The notes under the pieces: generated by a model
Database searches by the model: none
Told to the model about the DNA's origin: nothing
What the model saw: the letters and a program-made list of their open reading frames with translations, nothing else
NCBI GenBank assembly: GCA_964623895.1
Contig: CAZUWA010000005.1
Location: 1-52,957, forward strand
DNA from: an uncultured Lachnospiraceae bacterium
GTDB taxonomy: Bacteria; Bacillota; Clostridia; Oscillospirales; CAG-272
Length of the DNA: 52,957 bases
Direction: 5' to 3'
Program-made: the position numbers and the translations under genes
Shown here: positions 45,829 through 52,957 of the stretch, piece by piece
Position numbering within the stretch: position 1 is the stretch's first letter
Layout of the letters: every line of letters begins with the position of its first letter

Positions 45829-47823
45829 ATGATCGAAATCGGAAAATATGCAGGTTTTTGCCCGGGCGTCGCACGGGCAGTGAACGCCGCACTTTCTCTT
45901 GCAAGCAAGCCGGAGCACGGAACAGTATACACTCTCGGAATGCTCATCCACAACCGCACAGTCGTCTCCGAACTTGAGGAACTGGGGGTGCACGCCATTT
46001 CGGAAGAGGACATCCCGAAAATTTATCAAAAGGCACAAGCAGGCGAGAAACAGACTGTGATCCTGCGCGCGCACGGGGTGGTCAACAGTCTCTCCGAACG
46101 ACTGTTCAAGATGGCAGAAAGCTGTCCAGACTTTGCGGTGGTCGACTGCACCTGCAAATATGTCAAGCGCATCCATGAGATCGTAAGCAGTAATACAGAT
46201 GAAGAAACCGCTTTGGCAGTATTCGGTGCGCCTGAACACCCGGAGGTCAAAGGAATTTGCAGTTATGCGAAAGGTAACGTGACTGTTTTACCGGATGTTG
46301 CATCCGCAGAAGCACTGAAAGGCGGAGAAAAACCAACTATTTTGGTCTCTCAAACCACGCAGAAACTTTCGGAATGGAAAAAATGCCAGAAAATTTTCAA
46401 AAAACTGTATACAAACTCGAAAATTTATGATACAATATGCAGTGTGACCGAACACAGACAAGCCGAAGTGGTTGAAATGGCAAAACGGAACGATCTGATG
46501 ATCGTCATCGGTTCAAAGGAAAGTTCCAACACCATGAAGCTGTACGAGGAGGCAAGCCGGTACTGTAAGACCGCTTGGCTCATCGAGGATGCCGCGGGAC
46601 TTCCCAAAAAAAGTCCGCAGGTGACAAACATCGGAATAACTGCGGGAGCATCGACTCCTAGCAGAATAATAGAGGAGGTTCATAAGATTATGAGCGAAAT
46701 TCTTGAAAATGAAAATTTTGAAGAACTGTTGAATGCTTCATTCAAAACTTTAAATACAGGGGATACGGTTACTGGCTATGTTACATCGGTTTCTGCAACA
46801 GAACTGACTGTTGATGTCGGCTCGAAAGTAACAGGGATCGTGCCCTATGATGAAGTTGCCGAAGACAACAGCGTTGATCTGACAAAAGTTTACAAGATCG
46901 GCGACCGGATCACCGCAAGAGCGACCCGTGTTTCTGACGTGGAGGGTGTTGCAGTGCTTTCCATCAAGCAGGCTGAAAGAGGTGTCAACTTCAAGAAGTT
47001 GGCTGAAGCCTATGAAGCAAACGAAGTCCTGACGGGAAGAGTTACCGATGTGGTAAAAGGCGGTGTGATCGTATCCGCAAAGTACAACCGCGTATTCATC
47101 CCCGCAGGTCAGACCGGTATTCCGAAGGAAGGCGATCTTGGCGAACTGAAAGGCAAGACCGTCAAATTCAAGATCATCGACATGGATGTCGAAAAGAACA
47201 GAGTGGTCGGCTCGATCCGTGTGGTTGAGAGAGAAGAGAGAAAAGCGCAACTTGAAGAGTTCTGGGCAAACATCGAAGAAGGCAAGGTCTACACCGGTGT
47301 TGTTAAGAATATCCAGAGTTTCGGTGCATTTGTAGATCTCGGCGGCATCGACGGTATGGTACACACGACCGAACTGTCTTGGCAGAAGATCAAGAGCCCG
47401 GAGGAAGTCGTCAAAGTCGGCGATGTTCTTGAAGTGTATGTCAAGTCCTTTGACCGCGAGAAGAAGAGAATTTCTCTTGGCTACAAAAAGGCAGAGGATG
47501 ATCCGTGGGTGCTCTTCACCGCAAAATATAATGAAGGCGATGTTGCTCCTGTCAAGATCGTGTCTTTCATGCCTTTCGGCGCATTCGCTGAAGTACTGCC
47601 CGGCGCTGATGGATTGATCCATATTTCTCAGATCGCCGATAAGCGCGTAAACAAGCCCTCAGACGAACTGGAGATCGGTCAAGTCGTGGATGCAAAGATC
47701 GTGGGTATCGACTACGAAAACAAGAAGATCTCTCTTTCGATCCGTGCACTGGTCGCGCCCGAATCCATCAAGACCGAGGAAGCTTTTGAAGAAGTTACGG
47801 AAGAAGCAACCGACGCAGAATAG
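45829..47823 (+). CDS. ispH: bifunctional 4-hydroxy-3-methylbut-2-enyl diphosphate reductase / 30S ribosomal protein S1
   Basis: AGFCPGV, DCTC, DTIC, SSNT, ITAGASTP, then four S1 repeats (FGAFVDLGGIDG, FGAFAEVLPGADGLIHIS). Confidence 0.95.
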   Translation: MIEIGKYAGFCPGVARAVNAALSLASKPEHGTVYTLGMLIHNRTVVSELEELGVHAISEEDIPKIYQKAQAGEKQTVILRAHGVVNSLSERLFKMAESCPDFAVVDCTCKYVKRIHEIVSSNTDEETALAVFGAPEHPEVKGICSYAKGNVTVLPDVASAEALKGGEKPTILVSQTTQKLSEWKKCQKIFKKLYTNSKIYDTICSVTEHRQAEVVEMAKRNDLMIVIGSKESSNTMKLYEEASRYCKTAWLIEDAAGLPKKSPQVTNIGITAGASTPSRIIEEVHKIMSEILENENFEELLNASFKTLNTGDTVTGYVTSVSATELTVDVGSKVTGIVPYDEVAEDNSVDLTKVYKIGDRITARATRVSDVEGVAVLSIKQAERGVNFKKLAEAYEANEVLTGRVTDVVKGGVIVSAKYNRVFIPAGQTGIPKEGDLGELKGKTVKFKIIDMDVEKNRVVGSIRVVEREERKAQLEEFWANIEEGKVYTGVVKNIQSFGAFVDLGGIDGMVHTTELSWQKIKSPEEVVKVGDVLEVYVKSFDREKKRISLGYKKAEDDPWVLFTAKYNEGDVAPVKIVSFMPFGAFAEVLPGADGLIHISQIADKRVNKPSDELEIGQVVDAKIVGIDYENKKISLSIRALVAPESIKTEEAFEEVTEEATDAE

Positions 47824-47836
47824 TTTTCGACATATT

Positions 47837-47869
47837 AAAATGCTCACCGATTGTTCGGTGAGCATTTTT
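47837..47869 (+). terminator. intrinsic terminator
   Basis: AAAATGCTCACCGA-TTGT-TCGGTGAGCATTTTT. Confidence 0.85.
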
Positions 47870-47882
47870 GGGAAAAGGTAGT

Positions 47883-47917
47883 CAAAAAAGATGCTGTCCA
47901 AAGACAACATCTTTTTG
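47883..47917 (-). terminator. intrinsic terminator
   Basis: CAAAAAGATGTTGTC-TTTG-GACAGCATCTTTTTT on the minus strand. Confidence 0.75.
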
Positions 47918-47930
47918 TGTTTATTCTAAA

Positions 47931-49460
47931 TTAGTCGTGAACCTTCTTAACGATCACTGCTGTGCCGAACAAAGCAACGACTGCAAGTGCCGCGATGATC
48001 ACAGTTGCGTCGCCAGTAGAAGGACCATTAGGGTCAACAGGAGGAGTTTGTTCATACTCGTCGTAGTAGCCTCTAACCGTTTCGGGAATGATTGCGCCCT
48101 TGGCCTTGAAATCTTCGTTTCCTTCATCAAAAGCACCCTCGGCAGATGCACCGGTGAGCACAAGTTTTCCGGTCTCTTTTTCAGTAATCTCAAGTTCGAT
48201 GGTGTACTTATGACCATCTACAGGAACTATACCATAATCGCAAGCAGACAGTCTGAACAAACTATTGCCAGCGTCAGCTTCCAGTGCACCGGTTCCTGCG
48301 AAATCATAGTTGGAAATGGTATAAGTCTTCTTGTCTATTTCATCGGTGATAACAGCCTTAACAACATAAGTGCCATCGCTCATCTTGGTCAAAACATCTT
48401 TGGAGAGACCGCCAACAATGAATAAAGTCTTGCCGCCATAGTTTTCAATTTTGCCAAAACTTGCAGTGAGATCAACGGGCAACGGGTGAGGAATCGTATC
48501 GGGAATGATCGCACCATCCGCCTTGAAGGAAGCGTTAGTTGATTCAGAGAAAGCACCCTTAGCGGAAGTTCCGTAGAACTTCGTCGCGCCGGTAACAACA
48601 TCGGTAAACTCAAGAGAAACGGTATAAGTATGTGTCTTATCGGGGATAATACCGTATTCACAAACAGCAATTCTTAAAAAGGTCTGCCCTTTGCTATCCA
48701 TATATACTTCATTAGTCGTATTATCAAAGAAATACTGGGGAATCACATAGGTCTTGCTCTCTGTTTCATCAACGATGGTGACCTTCAGATTCAGTGTCTT
48801 TGCGTCGCCATACAAAGCTGTACGCAGATTTTCAACCATACCGTCGGTACCGCCAACGATGAACCAAGTCTTGTCGCTCCAGTTCTCGATCTTACCATAC
48901 TTGGGAGTGATCGTCAACTTTACAGCGGAATCTGTAACATCGCCTTTCACTACAAAGTTTGCAGTGTCGAAACCGGTCTCCATGCCGCCATTGGATTTAA
49001 AATTGTAAGCAGTAGCAGTTGCAATAGCAACAAACTGTTCCTTAGTTTGGCCATACAGATTTACCGTCTTAATATTCATTGTGCTGAAAACAATTCCCTG
49101 ACCAATGGTCTCAACAGGAGCGGTAAAGGTAATGGTCTCCAACTTCTCATTATAGGACATTGCATCCGCGCCAAGTTCCTTAACGTCCTTACCAAAGGTG
49201 ACCTCGGTCAAGTTCTCCATCTTGGAAAAAGAACGCTGTCCAACCTTGGTCACACCATCAGAAACAACAACTTTGGTTATTTCCGCCCTCTTATCATTCC
49301 ACGGATAATCCTCAAGCGTACTGCCATCCAAATCTTTTGTCACCGTCAATAACCCGTTAACAAGTGTGTAGCCGTCTTCTGCAGAACCACCTACGGTAAA
49401 TACCGTAAACATAGTTGCGATCATCAGAACTACAAGTGCAAGAGATAATTTTTTTTTCAT
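47931..49460 (-). CDS. cell-wall-anchored surface protein: BspA-like LRR region, two tandem ~140-aa domains, sortase-type anchor
   Basis: Signal peptide; YPW...ITKVVVSDGVTKVGQRSF LRR_5 pattern; GPSTGD plus hydrophobic stretch plus KK tail. Confidence 0.8.
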   Translation of the reverse strand: MKKKLSLALVVLMIATMFTVFTVGGSAEDGYTLVNGLLTVTKDLDGSTLEDYPWNDKRAEITKVVVSDGVTKVGQRSFSKMENLTEVTFGKDVKELGADAMSYNEKLETITFTAPVETIGQGIVFSTMNIKTVNLYGQTKEQFVAIATATAYNFKSNGGMETGFDTANFVVKGDVTDSAVKLTITPKYGKIENWSDKTWFIVGGTDGMVENLRTALYGDAKTLNLKVTIVDETESKTYVIPQYFFDNTTNEVYMDSKGQTFLRIAVCEYGIIPDKTHTYTVSLEFTDVVTGATKFYGTSAKGAFSESTNASFKADGAIIPDTIPHPLPVDLTASFGKIENYGGKTLFIVGGLSKDVLTKMSDGTYVVKAVITDEIDKKTYTISNYDFAGTGALEADAGNSLFRLSACDYGIVPVDGHKYTIELEITEKETGKLVLTGASAEGAFDEGNEDFKAKGAIIPETVRGYYDEYEQTPPVDPNGPSTGDATVIIAALAVVALFGTAVIVKKVHD

Positions 49461-49650
49461 AGTTCTTCTCCTTGTGAACTTAAATTTCGAAGGACTCTTC
49501 CCCCGATTGCGATTGCATTTTAGCACAACTTCGGATAGAATTCAATACAAAATTCAAAAAAAGTTTAAAACTCCATCACTTTCTCTATTTTTAACAAATT
49601 TATGCGTTTCGTTTTATGCAACATTCCGACCGCCAAGGAACTCTCGTCTT

Positions 49651-50451
49651 CTATCGGTCGCGCCGATAGCAAAATAAATGAAATTCCAGTTCGGTTTTTA
49701 AAAAATCCGCCTCTTCCGCACGTTTTCTGCCCACTTCCGGTGTACGGTAAAAATAAGGGGTCATCCTAAACAGCGCACGTAGTTCCTCCCCTTCAAAACT
49801 CTTCTCAAACAGGATATGCTCTTCTTTCTCAAGGGTGAATCCCTCTACCGCGGTGTCGGAAAGGATGTTTTCATAAGGTCGATCATAAAGCAGTTCCTTC
49901 AATCCGTACAAATGCCGCCTACCCGGCACTGCCATGTACATTTTTCCGCCCGGTTTCAAGATGCGAAAGAACTCTTCCCTTGAAAAAGGGGAAAAAAGCA
50001 GCGTCAAAGCATCAAAAGACGCGTCCGCGATCGGTAGATCGTAGAGACTTGCCACCGCGATCTCGACATTCGGCAATCGACGCTTTCCCGCATAGCCTGC
50101 CGCAACAGCTGAAATGTCGACCGCCCCGATCGTACTATCGGGCAATGTCTTTGACACTCCGGCAGTGTACCACCCTTCTCCGCACCCTGCGTCAAAGATC
50201 TTTTCGGGTCGGTCTTCTTTCAAAGCCGCACAAAGGGCATCGCGCAACAAAAGATAATGCTCACCCTCCAAAAATGATCTGCGTGCCGCGATCATTTCTT
50301 TGTTATCGCCGTGGTTTTTCCCCGCCACACGGAGAAGATTCACATATCCGCTTTTTGAACGGTCAAAACTGTGACCGCATGAACAGCACAATCGCTTTTC
50401 TTCCACGCATAACTCTTCCCGACACACCGGGCAACAAAAAAGACTTTTCAT
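49651..50451 (-). CDS. RlmA-like 23S rRNA (guanine-N1) methyltransferase
   Basis: CPVC...C..GHSFD zinc finger, GYVNLL, DAGCGEGWY SAM motif, MTPY. Confidence 0.88.
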   Translation of the reverse strand: MKSLFCCPVCREELCVEEKRLCCSCGHSFDRSKSGYVNLLRVAGKNHGDNKEMIAARRSFLEGEHYLLLRDALCAALKEDRPEKIFDAGCGEGWYTAGVSKTLPDSTIGAVDISAVAAGYAGKRRLPNVEIAVASLYDLPIADASFDALTLLFSPFSREEFFRILKPGGKMYMAVPGRRHLYGLKELLYDRPYENILSDTAVEGFTLEKEEHILFEKSFEGEELRALFRMTPYFYRTPEVGRKRAEEADFLKTELEFHLFCYRRDR

Positions 50452-50530
50452 ATAAGAACCTTTCATTATCTGTCTGTAAATATCATAACATAAAACGTAA
50501 AAAGTTTCAAGCGCCTTTTCCCTTTTACCC

Positions 50531-50559
50531 TTGCTTTTTCTTTTGCAGTGTGATATAAT
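50531..50559 (+). promoter_or_regulatory. sigma-A promoter
   Basis: TTGCTT-17nt-TATAAT with extended TG. Confidence 0.6.
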
Positions 50560-50599
50560 GAGACAGAAAATGATTCCCGAAAGGTAAAAGGTATCAATT

Positions 50600-51835
50600 A
50601 TGGAAAAGTATATCATTGTGCCGCTGGGCGGCAACTCTTTCATTACCAATAAACCGCAAAGCGCCGAGGACAATATTACTCCCGAAGGTTGGGAAAATTG
50701 GTCGAATGCAGAATATGAATATCACATCTTCTTTAAGCCTGCTATCGATGCCGATATCGCGTTGACTCTGCTCTGTAATCCCACCACATCTCCGGCAGTC
50801 ATTGCCGTTGGACTAAATCAGCCCGATACCGAGATCTCCGTCCCGGTAGGTGCAACCGAGATCGCATTGGGCAGTTACCAAACAAAAAAAGGCTATGTGG
50901 ATGTAGCGATCAAGGGCATCTCCAAGGAAGGCGACGTTTTCGCATGTCCGTATGCTTTGAAGGCAGAAGGCATTTCGGATGAAGAAATGGCATCCTATGC
51001 AAGAGAGTCGGACAAAAATGACTTTTATTGGATCCGCAGAGGTCCTTCGGTGCACTGTAGCTATGATGTCGAAGTTGCGGGAGACGATGTAGAGTGGTTC
51101 TACAACGAAGTCACCATTCAGCCCGGCGAAGATCCCCACGGTACCTACGGCATGGCGATCGGCTTCCACGGCGGCTATTTCGGCATGCAGGTATGTGATG
51201 AAGGTCAGCGGAAACTGATGTTCTCCATTTGGTCTCCCTATGCCACCGATGATCCTTCCGAAATTCCGGAAGATCAAATGGTCAAGGTATTAAAAAAACA
51301 CCCCAAGGTCCATACGGGGGAATTCGGTCACGAAGGCTCGGGCGGACAGTCTTATATGAACTACAACTGGGTATCCGGACAGACCTATAAATTCCTTTGC
51401 CGTATCCGTCCGGTGGAGGAAAACAGAACTGTGTTCACCGCCTATTTCTTCTTCCCTGAAACCGATCGCTGGGAGTTGTTCTGCTCTTTCTCTCGCCCGA
51501 AAACGCAGACATGGTTTAAGGGTGCATACTCCTTCCTTGAAAGTTTCATTGATGTCAACGGTCACAACTACCGCAAAGTCCACTTCTCAAACCAGTGGTG
51601 TGTCACAAAGGCAGGCAAATGGGTTTCGATCGATCACATGAAACTGACAGGAGACGCTACCGCAAGAAAGGCACAGCGTCAAGACTACGGCGGTGGGGTG
51701 GAAGATAACCATTTCTACCTCAACAACTGCGGATTTTTCTCCGAAAACGACACCCTTGACACGGTGTTCCACATTGACGGAAGCAAACTGAAACAGCCGG
51801 AGATCAACCTCGATAAACTGGAAAGCACGATTTAA
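50600..51835 (+). CDS. DUF3472/DUF5077-domain protein
   Basis: FYWIRRGPSVH, WFYNEV, GYFGMQV, FSIWSP, FGHEGSGGQS, SFLE motifs. Confidence 0.75.
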   Translation: MEKYIIVPLGGNSFITNKPQSAEDNITPEGWENWSNAEYEYHIFFKPAIDADIALTLLCNPTTSPAVIAVGLNQPDTEISVPVGATEIALGSYQTKKGYVDVAIKGISKEGDVFACPYALKAEGISDEEMASYARESDKNDFYWIRRGPSVHCSYDVEVAGDDVEWFYNEVTIQPGEDPHGTYGMAIGFHGGYFGMQVCDEGQRKLMFSIWSPYATDDPSEIPEDQMVKVLKKHPKVHTGEFGHEGSGGQSYMNYNWVSGQTYKFLCRIRPVEENRTVFTAYFFFPETDRWELFCSFSRPKTQTWFKGAYSFLESFIDVNGHNYRKVHFSNQWCVTKAGKWVSIDHMKLTGDATARKAQRQDYGGGVEDNHFYLNNCGFFSENDTLDTVFHIDGSKLKQPEINLDKLESTI

Positions 51836-51853
51836 AACTTCCATGTTCAAATC

Positions 51854-51900
51854 AAAATCCGATCAATACAAGGGGCATCCTTGATATTGATCGGATTTTT
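51854..51900. terminator. bidirectional terminator
   Basis: AAAATCCGATCAATA-CAAGG...CCTTG-TATTGATCGGATTTT. Confidence 0.8.
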
Positions 51901-51926
51901 GTTTTTTACTTGAACCATTTCGATTT

Positions 51927-52955
51927 TCAGGACAATTCCACGGTAAACACCGTCATCTTTCCTTGCTCACTGGTGATCGAAACATGCAGATTCAGCAGGT
52001 CGGCAATGCGTTTGACCAGTGCCAGTCCCAAGCCGTTTCCTTCGGTGTTACGAGAACTGTCCGCTTGATAAAACTTCTCGAAAATGCGGTTGATGTCCTT
52101 TTCGGCAATCCCATTGCCGCTGTTGGCGATCGAAACGACAAGTTTTTCTCCGTTTTTACGCAGTTTTACCGCCACAATGCCTCCGTTCGGAGCGAATTTC
52201 ATGGCATTGGACAAAAGATTGACCCAAATCTGCGAAAGCATGTATTCATCGGTGGTATACTGCGCTTCCTCTAAATCAATATCCAATTCCAACCCTTTTT
52301 CCGTCCATTGCTTTTCAAAAAGCAAAATGGCATGCCGAAGTTGCTCGTCAAGATAGAACGTGCTTTTTTCACCGACATATTGTTGATTTTCCAATTTTGA
52401 AAGAAGCAGAATGTTGCTTGCCATTGCGGAGAGCCGGTCGGATTCTTTGACAATAAAATCAATGTACTCTTCCCTCTGCTCTTCTGTCAAACTATCGTCT
52501 AATTGTAATTGTTTGGCGAAACCGCGAATCGAAACGATCGGCGTCTTAAATTCGTGAGAAAAACTGTTTATAAAGTCTTTTCGGAACAGTTCCGTATTGG
52601 AAAGCTCTTCTGTCATTAGGTTAAAACTCCTGAAAATCTGGGTAAAATCTCCTTCACCGGAAGGCACCGGAAGACGTACATCGTAATTTCCCTTTGAAAC
52701 CTCCAAATTTGCGGCATTTAATTTGCGTAACGGCTCCAAAATCTTTTTGATGACCGGAACTGAAATAATTGCCGCCAAGATCATATTGGCAGACAGCGCA
52801 ACAGCCAACAACAGCCAATGCGCGCTGAGCAACCGCTCAATCGGTCGAAAGAAAAAGATGATCGGAAGGATCAGCGCAACAGTGATCGCGCCGGAAGCCA
52901 ACTGTATAAGCAGAATGATAGCAAGTATCCGAAGCTGTATATGTTTGTGATTCAT
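51927..52955 (-). CDS. HAMP-domain sensor histidine kinase
   Basis: Two TM helices, HAMP, FSHEFKTPI, NLLSNAMKF, FYQADSSR, GNGLGLA; cognate regulator probably beyond the window. Confidence 0.93.
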   Translation of the reverse strand: MNHKHIQLRILAIILLIQLASGAITVALILPIIFFFRPIERLLSAHWLLLAVALSANMILAAIISVPVIKKILEPLRKLNAANLEVSKGNYDVRLPVPSGEGDFTQIFRSFNLMTEELSNTELFRKDFINSFSHEFKTPIVSIRGFAKQLQLDDSLTEEQREEYIDFIVKESDRLSAMASNILLLSKLENQQYVGEKSTFYLDEQLRHAILLFEKQWTEKGLELDIDLEEAQYTTDEYMLSQIWVNLLSNAMKFAPNGGIVAVKLRKNGEKLVVSIANSGNGIAEKDINRIFEKFYQADSSRNTEGNGLGLALVKRIADLLNLHVSITSEQGKMTVFTVELS

Positions 52956-52957
52956 TT

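Noticed and set aside
45829-47823. ispH-rpsA fusion as a novelty
   Set aside because: This fusion and the cmk-plsC context are well known in Clostridia
1-52957. CRISPR array, tRNA or rRNA genes
   Set aside because: No regularly spaced repeats, cloverleaf motifs or rRNA-like segments seen by eye

Overview
Chromosomal window from a low-GC Gram-positive anaerobe. The cmk-plsC-ispH/rpsA block, a sporulation-type promoter, a CIRCE element and a Firmicutes SOS box point to class Clostridia. Most content is housekeeping or envelope related: a 15 kb seven-gene carbohydrate ABC-type cluster with three very large exported proteins, a two-component pair plus one more kinase, a VTC/DUF4956 pair, Hsp20, TldD/TldE and surface proteins. 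Three things stand out. (1) A small phage-derived cassette at the left edge (intact large terminase, tail-fibre-like protein, endolysin, lysis-cassette membrane protein) sits right beside host genes, with no small terminase, portal, integrase or replication genes in the window. About 22 kb away is an orphan RinA/ArpU-like late activator with a LexA box over its transcription start. Together these suggest a domesticated, SOS-inducible, gene-transfer-agent-like packaging/lysis system. (2) A divergent full-length rpoA lies outside the ribosomal alpha operon, directly behind a stand-alone alpha-CTD gene. (3) A TIR-domain N-terminus is hidden by two compensating homopolymer frameshifts. All calls come from reading motifs by eye; no searches were run.
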